Source of the DNA: an uncultured virus (IMG/VR IMGVR_UViG_3300046665_000305)
Lineage: Duplodnaviria > Heunggongvirae > Uroviricota > Caudoviricetes
DNA: 57,575 bases
IMG/VR virus record: IMGVR_UViG_3300046665_000305
Coordinates: 62,001-119,575 of that record
Strand: one strand, 5' to 3'
The stretch's first letter is position 1, and every line of letters starts with the position of its first letter. Position numbers and translations under genes: made by a program. Below the pieces are notes generated by a model that ran no database searches, was not told the origin of the DNA, and worked only from the letters and a program-made list of their open reading frames with translations. Below are positions 1 through 11,256 of the stretch, one piece after another.

Positions 1-405
1 CGTCAGACCTAATACGTGGACCTTTCTCATCACTGGTGCTCCAATGTTTCGTTGGGGATTCCTTGTCAAGGGGAAAATCATTAAGAGAGATAAATATTTC
101 GCGGTGCACGGTCATCATCCTTGCGATGGAACGGGCGAGGGAGTTAGGCTGAAGCCGGATGGGACAAGGATTAGTGATGCTTAACACCAAAAATGTCAGG
201 AAATTCATCGCGATTCGCAACAAGGCGAGGCTACATTCGAATCTCCAATTCAGCATTGATCTGAGAGCGGCGGGGCTAGAGATGGCCGACCTAGGCAAAC
301 CAGTCGTGACAGGGATAGGCAACTATGAATGGAACCTTGGTAGGATAGGAACGTTGGTTGAGTGTAACGGTCACATGAGCTTGGAGTAGCAGAAGGAGAC
401 ACGCT

Positions 406-654
406 ATGGATGAATATGTCACCGTACCTGAGATGGTTGAGGCCGTCTACGAGGAGGGACGCGACAACTCATTCGGGAGCTTTACTCGTATCGAAGTTGT
501 GAACGGTTGTATAATTGAGCTTCATGAGGATCGCGGCGAGTTCGTGATTTGGGAAGAAGTGGATCAATTCGTGGTCACTGCTAAGCATATTAACAGGCTT
601 GGTATTGGTGATACATTGGTCGAAGCGGTGCGAGACGCGTTAAGCAAAGCATGA
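406..654 (+). CDS. hypothetical phage protein
   Basis: 82-aa ORF with AAGGAG RBS. Confidence 0.7.
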   Translation: MDEYVTVPEMVEAVYEEGRDNSFGSFTRIEVVNGCIIELHEDRGEFVIWEEVDQFVVTAKHINRLGIGDTLVEAVRDALSKA

Positions 655-900
655 CAGAAAGTGATTGACTTGGACTCTAAATCGCGTCATAGTGATTTAG
701 AGTTCATTTAGTTTAAAGGAAAAATTTAATGTTTAGAGAGCTTGGTTTTGATATTTTGACTGTGGCGCTAACAATTTTATCTCTGTGGATATTCTCTTGG
801 GTTCACAAAAATTATGCGCCAGAAATCAGTGTTACCGATTTTGCGGCGATAAGTGCGCTAATTTTTGGCATCAGAAATTTGTTTGAGAGGTCTTAATTAC

Positions 901-1107
901 ATGACAGTTACAATTCTCCAATTCATCGCTCTGGCCTGTCTCGCCACGAAATACTTCCTGTTTTACAGCGTTGCTAGGACTAGAAACGACTTACTGGCGC
1001 AAGGTCGAGACATAACTGCGGCAGAGAAATTTTATTTTATCACAGCGTTTCTTGGCCTAACCGTGACATGGCTGGCTGTCATGACGTATATTATTTGGGG
1101 GATGTGA
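901..1107 (+). CDS. small membrane protein
   Basis: two hydrophobic segments; ATG at 901 preferred over upstream TTG. Confidence 0.6.
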   Translation: MTVTILQFIALACLATKYFLFYSVARTRNDLLAQGRDITAAEKFYFITAFLGLTVTWLAVMTYIIWGM

Positions 1108-1109
1108 CT

Positions 1110-1514
1110 ATGGAAATGCACGTCTCAGATTTAAAAACTGACGGCTTCGCCATGACAGGGGAGCGCTACCTAGGCATGACGGTTATTGCTTATTACGCCG
1201 TGGAGGACATTGAGGGCGTGGGTGAAACATATCGTTTCGCCTCGCATTGGAGCACGCTACCAGAACATCGTAATCCTGTCAGGCTTTTTGATGAGTACCA
1301 AATCAAAGATATCAGGAACTTGCGACACATTCTTAACGAGATGGGCTATGCCATTGTCCCGCTTGAGCCGAGTGAAACAAAAATTAATAAAATGAATGAT
1401 GCGTATTGGCGGAAGCGGAGCGATATCATGTCTCAGTCTCCGACAGAAGAGCCGAGCGCGGGAGGCGGACCAATGGGTTATGCCTATAGAGCTATGATCA
1501 GTGAAGGAGAATAA
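1110..1514 (+). CDS. hypothetical phage protein
   Basis: ORF tightly packed in operon. Confidence 0.65.
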   Translation: MEMHVSDLKTDGFAMTGERYLGMTVIAYYAVEDIEGVGETYRFASHWSTLPEHRNPVRLFDEYQIKDIRNLRHILNEMGYAIVPLEPSETKINKMNDAYWRKRSDIMSQSPTEEPSAGGGPMGYAYRAMISEGE

Positions 1515-1516
1515 TA

Positions 1517-1813
1517 GTGTATAAATTTCCAGTGTTTGTTGATGAGAAGGGGAATCGTTTCATCTTTCCCGGATTGTATACCTCTGACATAGATGGACGT
1601 AGCGCGACATGGAGCTACTGTCTCCAACTCGAAATCGCTCTGAAAGTTAAAAAGGAAGAAGAAACTTTTGATGTGGTTCCCGGTATCGGCTATTCCTATG
1701 TCCGATCAGAAGCCACGAGCCCTAGCTTCGCGCATGGCGGTGACATAGTCCATCTCATCGGCGGGCCGCTGTTTGACGAAGTCTCTAGGGAGTGCGACGC
1801 GAGTGAACAGTAA
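1517..1813 (+). CDS. hypothetical phage protein
   Basis: ORF with GGAG RBS, GTG start. Confidence 0.6.
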   Translation: MYKFPVFVDEKGNRFIFPGLYTSDIDGRSATWSYCLQLEIALKVKKEEETFDVVPGIGYSYVRSEATSPSFAHGGDIVHLIGGPLFDEVSRECDASEQ

Positions 1814-2049
1814 TTTTGGTTATTATCCCGGTAGCGTGGCACAAAAATTTAATGGTTTAAAAATTTACTATACCGAAGCAGCGCAGCAACCAACTTGGGT
1901 GAGAAATTTTCCATATTCTAAACACCGAAGTAAGCGTATTTTTAAAAAATTAATAAAGAGATATGGCTCTGAATTTGTTATGGAGGCTTGCATTTTCTAT
2001 ACTCCTAATGGTATATATGTACATCCGAGTATGAAAAGGAGATTCGAAG

Positions 2050-2349
2050 ATGCGCTATCACAAAAATCTTACGCCTATTGACTTGCTCTGCAAAGCAAAT
2101 GCGGATGAAGATGGTCATGCCGAAGTTACCTCTCCTTTCACAGGTTTTGTCATAGCTTGTGACGTTGATTTCGATACTGGCGACTATGTTTTCACTGAAA
2201 ACGGTGTGAACGTGTCTCAGGATTATGTTCAATATAAATTCGAGACGTGGGACGAGCGCTTAGCTTCGGCGGGGAAGATGCTGGCGTACCATATTCAAGC
2301 GCGGCGAGGCGAGGGAAGAATTGAACAGACTAGCAGATATTGCGGATGA
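2050..2349 (+). CDS. hypothetical phage protein
   Basis: 99-aa ORF with AAGGAG upstream. Confidence 0.6.
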   Translation: MRYHKNLTPIDLLCKANADEDGHAEVTSPFTGFVIACDVDFDTGDYVFTENGVNVSQDYVQYKFETWDERLASAGKMLAYHIQARRGEGRIEQTSRYCG

Positions 2350-2665
2350 ATTGAATAAGAAAGATAAGATTAAAGAATAAAACGATTATAGTTGGTTATA
2401 ATTCGTGACTTGACACCTATCACATCTTCGATGTAATAAAATGTATTGGCAAATAGTTTGAGAGGGAGGGCGCACGTCATGGTTTTCAAAGTATATTATC
2501 AATATCGAGACGAACCGGTTAGGGTCGCAGATTTTCATTTCAAAATCTTGGCTGACCATTTCATGGTACAGAAGAAGGCTATGGGTCACGACGTTTACGT
2601 CAAAGAAGGTGAACCGGAACCGGGGCGGGCCGATAAGAAATCAAATAGATATGGAGATAATTTAA

Positions 2666-2842
2666 ATGGCTAAACTAAAGATTGAACTAAACGAAACAGA
2701 GATAAAGGAAGCACTGCTCGCCGCGATGAAAGTGAAATACCCAAATGTGAAGACTGCTACGCTGAACGCAAGCCCTACCTATGACTACAGCGGAAGGCAT
2801 CAGACCGGTATTTATGACATTTCAGCAGTGATTTCTGAATAA
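2666..2842 (+). CDS. small hypothetical protein (58 aa, below ORF-track cutoff)
   Basis: GGAGA RBS, MAKLKIELNETEIKEALL... Confidence 0.6.
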   Translation: MAKLKIELNETEIKEALLAAMKVKYPNVKTATLNASPTYDYSGRHQTGIYDISAVISE

Positions 2843-3072
2843 AGGAACCTAATAATGAACGTGTTGAATCAATTCACATGGCGTAGTATGCAGATGTACA
2901 TCTGCGACGATGGCTTGATGTTCACATCCTATTGGATGGACCATTACTATGTCAAGCTGTCCAAGGGGCAACGCACATTAGGTCTTTGACCTTGTTTGAA
3001 AAATACTAATTGACTGACACTTTGTCATGATGTAATAAAAAGTTGTCAAGCATTTTTAGAGGGAGAAAATTT

Positions 3073-3185
3073 ATGGCTAACATGTCTTATTGCCGATTCC
3101 GCAACAAATGATCGATGTGCTCAACGATCTAGGCGTGACAATTAATGAAGAAGAGCTTGATCCGGACCTTATGAAGGTTCTGTGA
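3073..3185 (+). pseudogene. internally deleted or frameshifted remnant of an MANMSYCRF-type phage gene
   Basis: promoter and RBS, then MANMSYCRFRNK-stop, then an out-of-frame fragment MIDVLNDLG... Confidence 0.5.
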
Positions 3186-3450
3186 TGAAAGAGTTTATGG
3201 AAAGCGCTGAAGGTGTCCATCTCATGATGGGAGAATTCACGCTATGCGGCGATTCCTTCGACATAGGTGAGACAGAGGCTGATCCTGAGAGCGCACTCAT
3301 CGATACCAAGAAGAAGGTAGTGACTTGTCCGCGCTGCATCAGCGTTATCCGACACGTCAGAGGTGTAAAAATCCGCGAGTAGGGATTGCATCTGCCTAAC
3401 TCCTGCTGTACTCCTAGAGTCGTTGTCCAAGTCTTAGGAGTTAGAGGCCA

Positions 3451-3807
3451 ATGGGAAAAGCTACTCTGCCTATGGAAGAGCGTATGCGCCACGCCAAGGC
3501 GCAGATCGAATCAGGTGTTAGCCAAGAGAAATATGCCGAGAGTGTGGGTCTTAAGCCAAGCACTATAGCATATTGGGTGAAGCAGTATCACGACATGTAT
3601 GGCGGCGGCACAAAGAGGAAAAAGAGTGAAACGCCTACCATCACCACAGCTATCACACATGACGCTCTAGGAGATGCTAGGCAAGAAATCATGTCCTTGA
3701 TCCATGTCAGGGACGATTTACTGGCCCGTTTGGAAGACGCGCACATCAAGATCAAGTCGCTGCAAAACGTCGTGATCGTGTTGGGTCACCAAGCAGGAGA
3801 CGAATAA
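3451..3807 (+). CDS. helix-turn-helix DNA-binding protein with C-terminal coiled coil
   Basis: SQEKYAESVGLKPSTIAYWVKQY HTH pattern. Confidence 0.7.
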   Translation: MGKATLPMEERMRHAKAQIESGVSQEKYAESVGLKPSTIAYWVKQYHDMYGGGTKRKKSETPTITTAITHDALGDARQEIMSLIHVRDDLLARLEDAHIKIKSLQNVVIVLGHQAGDE

Positions 3808-4067
3808 TGGCGGCTCCTAGAAAGGTGAAGTGGTCCAAGGATAGGCCGGTGAAGCCAGACATTGATCCCTTGCTGACCAAGCTGCGCACCGAGCTTGCCA
3901 TGGATCGTAGATCGTTCTACGCCAAGGCGAATACGTCTGGATTAGCGCCTGCCACGATCAAGAATATTCAAGACGGCACGACACGAAGGCCGATGGGTGT
4001 GACGATCCAGATGGCATACCGAATGTTGGGATATGAGTTGAAACCGGTACGATCTAAAACAAGATAA
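3807..4067 (+). CDS. XRE-like HTH protein
   Basis: ANTSGLAPATIKNIQDGTTRRP...TI HTH pattern. Confidence 0.65.
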   Translation: MAAPRKVKWSKDRPVKPDIDPLLTKLRTELAMDRRSFYAKANTSGLAPATIKNIQDGTTRRPMGVTIQMAYRMLGYELKPVRSKTR

Positions 4068-4080
4068 AGTCACTTAAAGC

Positions 4081-4112
4081 GCCAGTTAGTCATTGACTAG
4101 CTGGCCTTTTTT
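4081..4112 (+). terminator. rho-independent terminator
   Basis: GCCAGTTAGTC/GACTAGCTGGC hairpin followed by T-run. Confidence 0.75.
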
Positions 4113-4348
4113 TGTCATAACGGTCTCAACTTAATCTAGTATAAGAGGCCTTTGACGTGATAGAAATGATTGATGAAGACGATAATGTTTTTCAAGCAGA
4201 ACCTTTGGGTAAAGGGTATTGGTACATCACGTGGCCCATTGGTGGCATGAGATTTTATGGCACAGTGACGAAGGTCAGGACCGAGATGAGGTTCTTGATG
4301 ATCAATCATAAGAGCCGGTCTAGGTGCGCCGCGTAAGGAGGGAAGAAA

Positions 4349-4981
4349 ATGTCGGAACTGATTAAGAAAATCGCGGTTGAACATGGTGTTAGTCACTCGG
4401 TTGACATGCTGATCGCGCTATACAACGAGCCGCATCGCAAGTATCATAACCTTGATCATATCATTGAGTTGATCCACATGGCTCGAAACATTAGATATCA
4501 TGACGATGATCCTATCATGGCGGCTATCCTGTATCACGATATTATCTATTATCCATGCTGTGCCTATAACGAAGCATTAAGCGCCGATGTGTATTGGAGC
4601 CACAAGACAGGGTTCGAGTGCACCACGCAGGCTCAGATTGAAGAGGCTATTAGGGCTTCCAAGGATCACACCAATCCTAATAATGTGTCCCTGCCGTCAT
4701 GGGCCAAGGATTTTCTCGACTATGATCTAAGAGGGCTAGCTAGAGATCGTGAAACGTATCGCGGAAGCGGGGTTAAGATTTGGCACGAATATTGGTCTTT
4801 TTATTCCGTTACTGAATTCGCAACAGGTAGGATCAAGTTTTTGAAACATATGCTCGACAGTCCCAAGATATATTGGAATCACCCTGAGTGGGAAGGGCCT
4901 GCTAGGGTTAACATGAGCACTGAGTTGGAAGAGTTGGAACGTGGTGTTCTTAATTTTGCGACATGGGAAAGGTGGGACTGA
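4349..4981 (+). CDS. HD-superfamily metal-dependent phosphohydrolase
   Basis: HRKYHNLDHI, YHDIIY, NEALSA and FLDYDL motifs. Confidence 0.85.
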   Translation: MSELIKKIAVEHGVSHSVDMLIALYNEPHRKYHNLDHIIELIHMARNIRYHDDDPIMAAILYHDIIYYPCCAYNEALSADVYWSHKTGFECTTQAQIEEAIRASKDHTNPNNVSLPSWAKDFLDYDLRGLARDRETYRGSGVKIWHEYWSFYSVTEFATGRIKFLKHMLDSPKIYWNHPEWEGPARVNMSTELEELERGVLNFATWERWD

Positions 4982-5149
4982 AGATGAGTGAACTATTTGA
5001 CATGTCGTATCTCAATGACGCGGCGGAACAAATTGATGCCGCCATGTTTAGTGGCGATGACTTTACGTTTCGTCAAAATCGTGACGCGTTGTGCTACTAT
5101 ATCTTGAGATGGCAGCGGGAGATGGTAAGATTGGAACAGGAGACGAACA

Positions 5150-5626
5150 ATGAGCAGTGATGTTGTATTCTACGTCGGCGCTTTTATTAAATTTAACGAG
5201 CCTGTAGAAGTGGTTAAGGTCACGGAACGGAGGATTTGCCCCGTTTGTAACACGGAGCGTTTCGGTGGTAAATATTGCATCACTTGTGGCACAGCAATTA
5301 TCAGAAAGGTTGAAGAGAAAAAATCACGTGTGACAAATCCTGATGCCATCATGGCTCATGTCGGGTATAAAATTTTTGAGGATGGCGAAAAATTCATGAC
5401 GTTTCCTTATGGAGATGAAGTCATTGTTCCTAATTATAGGTCTTCATATAACACGCATATCAGCGGTGAGGATGTTGGTAAAACACTTCTATTCGTTGAA
5501 GTTGATCGGGTGAAAGAGAATGCCATCACTGAGTTACGCGCCAATGCGTGGGAGTTGATTCGCCTGCTCGATAATCATGGCGTTGATTATTCAATTGTTT
5601 TTGGCATAACGGTGGGACAATATTGA
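5150..5626 (+). CDS. zinc-ribbon-containing hypothetical protein
   Basis: CPVC...YCITCG. Confidence 0.6.
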   Translation: MSSDVVFYVGAFIKFNEPVEVVKVTERRICPVCNTERFGGKYCITCGTAIIRKVEEKKSRVTNPDAIMAHVGYKIFEDGEKFMTFPYGDEVIVPNYRSSYNTHISGEDVGKTLLFVEVDRVKENAITELRANAWELIRLLDNHGVDYSIVFGITVGQY

Positions 5627-5627
5627 C

Positions 5628-6026
5628 ATGACAGAATCATCTTATCTTCAGCTTGAAGGCTATTACCGAGACAGACATAAAGGTGGCCATTCGTGGCAAG
5701 TGTGGGGCGATAGCACTGAAAGGCTATCTTCCGTCATTTCTAGCGATCTTGAACAGGCTAAGAAGTGGGCCGTGGAGCTAGCCGACAGCGCTAGGGCTTG
5801 GGAAGGTATGAAATTCAAGGTACGCATTCTGCGCATAACCGGCACTACCAAAGAGGTTGTGTTCAAGTATAGCGAAAAATCTTGTTACGAAGTCAGTTTC
5901 GGCAAGAAAAATTCCAAAGAGGCTTTGGATAGGCTTCGATATGATTTTGATGGTGATGCGGATGACGCTGTTAAGAGCTTGAAAGATTTGGGTTATTGGG
6001 TCAAGACTAAGAAAGTTAAACTTTGA
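5628..6026 (+). CDS. hypothetical phage protein
   Basis: 132-aa ORF in operon. Confidence 0.6.
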   Translation: MTESSYLQLEGYYRDRHKGGHSWQVWGDSTERLSSVISSDLEQAKKWAVELADSARAWEGMKFKVRILRITGTTKEVVFKYSEKSCYEVSFGKKNSKEALDRLRYDFDGDADDAVKSLKDLGYWVKTKKVKL

Positions 6027-6551
6027 AATGGTCCAGTTAGAATACTGGAACGGCACGGCTTGGGTATTGAAGCCGTTTGAAATTTTTGATGTACGAAGAA
6101 CTTCAAACGGTGAATGGTTGTATTGTCGCAACGTCGAGCTTCAACGTTTTGTAAAGATAAAGAGGGAGAATGTGAAGTGAGAACATGTGACTGTTTCAGC
6201 TGCGGCACGCGGCTTAAAGATATTGGAGAAGAAGGGAAATATCTTCAGCCCATTGATGGACTTGAATTTACTACCTCTGGCCATTACGGTTCTACTTATT
6301 TCGATCCATGTGACGGGACAAAGTTGGCCATCGTGATTTGCGACACCTGTTTGAGAGAGTATTTTGGCGATGCTGAGACTTGAACTTCAATGGGAGAGGC
6401 GAGGGATATGGTATGGCGTAATTGAAGGAACCGGGTTCAGAGGAATGTCTGCGTATCACCAAAAAGCTATGGACCACTTACGAGATACGCCGGAACGGTA
6501 TTATTATGTGAATGAGAAAATTAGATTTTGTTTAGCCGACAGGAGGTGGTG

Positions 6552-6869
6552 ATGCAGAAGCTGACGTTTGAAAAATTTCTGGTCAGCCCTTTGAATAATT
6601 CTTGGATCAAGGAACCGGGACTTGAAATATATGTCCGCAAAACTAAGAGGCTAGATGGAATACAAGAGACTATCGATCTAGCTAACATGAATGCGGCACG
6701 TCCCGGCAAGGGGGCTTTGACCAGATTTTTGGATCGGTACGAGCCGGATCACATCTTCTATCTCGAAAATGTATTTGAAACTAGGTTGAAAGAATATTAT
6801 GAGCGGCGCGGCTATGTCACAATTAATGATATGTATCCGTGGTGCATGCTAAAAGGGAGAGGTGATTGA
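6552..6869 (+). CDS. GNAT-like acetyltransferase-fold protein
   Basis: RPGKGALTRFL (motif A-like) and C-terminal YYERRGY; AGGAGG RBS. Confidence 0.55.
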   Translation: MQKLTFEKFLVSPLNNSWIKEPGLEIYVRKTKRLDGIQETIDLANMNAARPGKGALTRFLDRYEPDHIFYLENVFETRLKEYYERRGYVTINDMYPWCMLKGRGD

Positions 6870-7010
6870 TGGGAAGTGTTAGGATGGAATTCGAGGCGTT
6901 TGCCAAAGGTCTCGGTTATGATCTAACCATGACGCCGGATCGAACGTTTAAGAATATGATCTATCTAAATCCATACCTTGAATCAATGTGGAAAGGGTGG
7001 AGCGCGGCGC

Positions 7011-7283
7011 ATGATCGATTTAACAAAAATTAAACGTCATCTATTCACTATGCCTGAGCCTATCCCGGAACGGGAGTGGAGCGGACCACTGAGAGATTGG
7101 GCCATGGTTTATCTGTTTCAAGACTATGTGAAACAACGTAAGCTCTTGAATTATAACAGATTTTTCAATGAAAAAGAATGGCCTAGAATGAAAGAAATAA
7201 AACTTCGCCGGATCGCGGATTTTGAAACTAATTGGCCATTATTCAGAGAGACATATGAGGAGCATTACGAGAAAAGGTCTTGA
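7011..7283 (+). CDS. hypothetical phage protein
   Basis: ORF with GGAG RBS. Confidence 0.55.
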   Translation: MIDLTKIKRHLFTMPEPIPEREWSGPLRDWAMVYLFQDYVKQRKLLNYNRFFNEKEWPRMKEIKLRRIADFETNWPLFRETYEEHYEKRS

Positions 7284-7310
7284 CTTCATTTCGAGTCGGA
7301 TGTAAGAATA
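7280..7310 (+). promoter_or_regulatory. repeated phage promoter TTGAC-N15-ATGTAA(T/G)AA (representative copy)
   Basis: identical ~31-nt copy at 16951; related copies at 2410, 3010, 7828, 8243, 10083, 10959, 12849, 13369, 15738. Confidence 0.8.
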
Positions 7311-7351
7311 AGTCAACGAAACAATTTAATCACAATAAAGGAGATTTCAAG

Positions 7352-7831
7352 ATGACAGACTATAGCGCAGACCGTAGCGATGCTCCTGCTCCAAAGGGTT
7401 CTATCAAGTTCCGCGCCGAAATCCTGCATCTCATTGACGAAGCAAAGGAAGAAGGTCAGGTTCGGATCTGGATCGTGACGCAGAGCGGTTGTTTGTCATC
7501 CTTCCTTATCACGTCTCGGTCCTATCTGGTGGCTCCTGAAGCGATGGAGGAAGACCCTGCCGTGCTTTGTTCCGGTCCAGCTTACTATTCTATCAGCAAT
7601 ACGATGAGTGAAGGCAGCTGTGGACCTTTTGAAAATAAAGATGGTGAGCTTCTTGGTTCTTATAACATCGAAAGTTCAGCCATGGCTTGCCATTACGCCT
7701 TCACCAACAAAATGATGGCTCAAAGGTATAGCGAAGAATTGAAGAACGATGAGCGCTACATGGCGAGCGTTAAGGATTGGCACGCTCGGTGCGACGAAAT
7801 GTTTAGCGATTGGGATGATTATCTCGATTGA
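7352..7831 (+). CDS. hypothetical phage protein
   Basis: promoter plus AAGGAG RBS. Confidence 0.75.
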   Translation: MTDYSADRSDAPAPKGSIKFRAEILHLIDEAKEEGQVRIWIVTQSGCLSSFLITSRSYLVAPEAMEEDPAVLCSGPAYYSISNTMSEGSCGPFENKDGELLGSYNIESSAMACHYAFTNKMMAQRYSEELKNDERYMASVKDWHARCDEMFSDWDDYLD

Positions 7832-7886
7832 CATCTGATCTTTAAAATGTAATAAAAAGACAACGAAATCACTGAGGAGATTTGAC

Positions 7887-8246
7887 ATGATGGAAGTTGT
7901 TGAACCGAACCGAGACCTTTCGCGCTGGAAGGAGACAGAAGTTGCTAAGATTACGCCAGCCGACATTTACCGAATCTTGAAGCAGTGGAAAGATCGGGGC
8001 AGCTTCGATGATGCACATATCGCAGCGATTAGCCGTGACGTGGCTCGTACCCTCTCAGACCTTCTTGAAACTCCTGAAGGTGGTACTATTGTGTACCACA
8101 ATTATACCGAAACGAGCTATATCGATGCTGATAAAATCTTGGAAATGTACGGCGACAGAATTGAATTGTTCGAAGAAATGCGCGACGGACGAGGTTATTT
8201 GCAGCAGTACAGAATTATTCTGAAGCCTATTAAAGAAAGCGATTGA
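7887..8246 (+). CDS. hypothetical phage protein
   Basis: promoter plus GAGGAG RBS. Confidence 0.75.
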   Translation: MMEVVEPNRDLSRWKETEVAKITPADIYRILKQWKDRGSFDDAHIAAISRDVARTLSDLLETPEGGTIVYHNYTETSYIDADKILEMYGDRIELFEEMRDGRGYLQQYRIILKPIKESD

Positions 8247-8320
8247 CTTGGTTATAAAATAATTGTAATAAAAAGTTAACGCAGGGAGACAACCTCCCTC
8301 AAATAAATTTGAAGGAGCTT

Positions 8321-9025
8321 ATGATGTACGCCAAGCCAAAAGCTAACGAAGTTATGCCTGAGACACGTGAAAGCTTGTGGAACGAAGGCACTGTTACGTC
8401 TCATCCCGCGTTCGCCATGATTGGCGCTAGCCGTGTCTCTGGTCATACCAATCTGTTCGGCAGTGACTTTCATCACAATAACTATATGGTGGTGCGGATC
8501 AAGGGAGCGGAATTTCATCGCAGCTTGAACCGAGACTGGCACATGGGCCGTGAGAGCTACATCGAAGTCGCAATGACTGAGTCTCAATGGGCCACGTTTG
8601 TTAGTGCTCCCAATATTGGCGACGGTACGCCTTGCACGTTGCAGCGTTTGAACAATAAATCTGTCCCCGGCATTCCTTCACTGGAACGGTCCAAGCTTGT
8701 CAAGATGGAAGTCGATCAAGACTTGGCCGAAACGGTTCGCTTCCTTGATGAAGCTCTTGCTGCTGTGGATGGGCTTGGTTTGTCCAAGAAAAAGGCAGAT
8801 GAAGTTTCATCAAAGATCAGGTCGGCTCGGAAGAGACTCGATGATCACATTCCTTTCGCGGCTCAGCAGTTCGGTGAATACGTGGAGGGCACGATAGAGA
8901 AGGGCAAGCAAGAGATTCACGGCTACATGATGAATATCATCACTAGGGCCGGGATTAACACGTTGCAAGGCCCTGAAAATAGTGCAACGCCGTTGCAAAT
9001 TAAGGAGGATACTGACGATGAATGA
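8321..9025 (+). CDS. hypothetical phage protein
   Basis: 234-aa ORF with promoter and AAGGAG RBS. Confidence 0.8.
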   Translation: MMYAKPKANEVMPETRESLWNEGTVTSHPAFAMIGASRVSGHTNLFGSDFHHNNYMVVRIKGAEFHRSLNRDWHMGRESYIEVAMTESQWATFVSAPNIGDGTPCTLQRLNNKSVPGIPSLERSKLVKMEVDQDLAETVRFLDEALAAVDGLGLSKKKADEVSSKIRSARKRLDDHIPFAAQQFGEYVEGTIEKGKQEIHGYMMNIITRAGINTLQGPENSATPLQIKEDTDDE

Positions 9026-9377
9026 AAAGCAAATCGTAATGCTGCGCCAGTATCACAACATGGGTTGGAGTTTCGAAAATTCTGTGGATGCTATGCGTAT
9101 CTTCATTGACTCTTTCAATTATGAAGAGGCTTGGAGCCGGTGGCTCGATATGGACACGGAGGCTTATAAATGAGCCGAGATATCTACCAAGCCATCATGA
9201 TAGCTGCGGCAAGTGGAGAAGGTCTGAGGATCACGCCGGAAGAGGCTCACGACCTAGCCATGGATATCTGGATACAAACGGCGGCGAGTGGACTTCTTTC
9301 GGCTGAAGATTTCGCTGCATTGGAAAATATGAATCATTGGGACTTTTGGCGCAGATTCGCAAATAGGAGAAAATAGA

Positions 9378-9767
9378 ATGAGCAGAGCAGCGACACAAGA
9401 ATCCACAATCCTCTTCGCTCTAGTGAGCCATTGCGGCAAGGTCTTGACGCCTGATACGATTGATAAGATCGTGGCTGACTTGGTAAAAGAAATGAGGGAT
9501 GGACCTACGGCTTGGGCTTTTTCTCCTCAGAACGATTCTGAGGAGAAAATCTTATCTCTTCAAGAAGGCTGGCGTGACATGGAAACCGCTCCGCTCGATG
9601 GAACACATTGCATCCTCGCCGTGAAACAGGGCGCATTCATTTACTCCTTGCAAGGCGCGTATCAATATGGTCAGTGGAACGTTGTCAACAAAGATAATGT
9701 CGAGCCGCTGTGCTGGATGCCGAATATTCGGTTGCCGGATCACGTCAAGGAAAAGTGGGGATTGTGA
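9378..9767 (+). CDS. DUF551-like domain protein
   Basis: WRDMETAPLDGT...PLCWMP motif. Confidence 0.6.
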   Translation: MSRAATQESTILFALVSHCGKVLTPDTIDKIVADLVKEMRDGPTAWAFSPQNDSEEKILSLQEGWRDMETAPLDGTHCILAVKQGAFIYSLQGAYQYGQWNVVNKDNVEPLCWMPNIRLPDHVKEKWGL

Positions 9768-9768
9768 G

Positions 9769-10086
9769 ATGCAAATCGGTCAACACGTTGTTTTAATTGA
9801 TGATACCGGTTATCATACTTCTCCATTATTTGAAAAAATAAAATCCAGAGGAGTGATATTCCCCGTCAAGGGAATTGTTTACACTGTCATGGAAACTCTG
9901 ATGTGGTGGGACGATAGTATCAAAATGGAGACCAATAGCATACGGTTGGTTGAAATTAAAAATAAACCGATAGACTACAAAATTATCGGCATGAGCGTAC
10001 AGGCGTTCCGCGCCTCTAGGTTTAAGCCGCTTCAAAAATTGGATGTGACACAGTTTCAGAAGGAATTTGTGACACTTGATGCTTGA
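9769..10086 (+). CDS. hypothetical protein, probable paralog of 14577-14864
   Basis: GQxVV...P..G.(I/V)YT...FKPL shared pattern. Confidence 0.6.
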   Translation: MQIGQHVVLIDDTGYHTSPLFEKIKSRGVIFPVKGIVYTVMETLMWWDDSIKMETNSIRLVEIKNKPIDYKIIGMSVQAFRASRFKPLQKLDVTQFQKEFVTLDA

Positions 10087-10170
10087 CACTGCCTTAGATA
10101 AGATGTAATAAAATATACATCGAAACGATAATTTCCCTCCCGCAAGCGGGATGAAAATAGGAGACCAGTC

Positions 10171-10362
10171 ATGACTGATCGAGAAGCTTTCAATTTTATT
10201 TGGGAATGGCGTCGGCACTGGTTCGACACGGACCAATATGTGAAAAGATTTTGGCGCAACGGTTGGGACATTGAGGCTATCAAATCGGCGGCTGAAAGAA
10301 CCGGAATCACTTTTTCTGAGAGCATGGAACAACATCTCTTGGATTTCAAGAAGGAGGATTGA
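10171..10362 (+). CDS. hypothetical phage protein
   Basis: promoter and AGGAG RBS. Confidence 0.6.
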   Translation: MTDREAFNFIWEWRRHWFDTDQYVKRFWRNGWDIEAIKSAAERTGITFSESMEQHLLDFKKED

Positions 10363-11013
10363 CATGTCAGAAGATCATCATGCAATAGTTTCAGTCACTG
10401 GCGTTACCAAAGGTCATGGCAAACGAGCCGTGATCCACCTTCGCCGTAGGAGTCTCATAGCGTTCTATAACGATCAGGACAAGAGCCTGAACGCTTTCGA
10501 ATTCCGAGAGGGTAAGGACTGGACCGACCGAGTCCTGAGAATGGCGCTGGCGGCGACAAGCAGATGAAACACAGATTGGAACAGCCTTATTGGGGCGGGA
10601 GTTGCGGGATAGATAAGGCGGGTGTTAAGACCAACCTCTGTAACGCAACACTGAATGATAAGCGTGTTTGGGTCGTTCGCAAACCCGGAACAGAGACAAA
10701 AGTGTTTGATGATCCTGAGCAGGCGGAACAGTATTTTAACATGATTAGGAGGCAGGTTAAATGACAACAGTCTCTGTCATGTATTGGGTCAAGCTTGATC
10801 AAACTCTTTATGTCAGATATCACCCCAAAGTGGATCGGATCAGCATTGATAATGAAGAAGGTTATGATCCGATGGGCCATAGCCCTTCATTTTGCTGCTG
10901 GATCATACCTCCTCGAATGGGTACAGTTGAGCCTGTCGAAGATTAAAAAATTTAGTTATTGACTCAGGCGCGGCTCGGATGTAAGAATAAGTTATTGAAA
11001 AGGAGACAGAGCC

Positions 11014-11256
11014 GTGACCAACAAATCCAAAACAATGGCTGAATTCTTTGCCGAAGAGGAAGAGAAACGCCTCAATGAATGGAACGCTGAGCAAGATAAG
11101 GAACGGGAACGTTTCGAAGCTCTGACACCGGAACAACGTGAAGAAGAGCGCGCCGCAGCTGCTGCGAAGTGGGACAAATGGTCCGACATATTCGATGCCC
11201 AAGAGGCTGAAGAAGTCGAAGATTCAGAAGATGAGGAGGAAAACGAAGATGAGTGA
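11014..11256 (+). CDS. highly acidic small protein
   Basis: promoter, AAGGAG RBS, E/D-rich sequence. Confidence 0.7.
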   Translation: MTNKSKTMAEFFAEEEEKRLNEWNAEQDKERERFEALTPEQREEERAAAAAKWDKWSDIFDAQEAEEVEDSEDEEENEDE

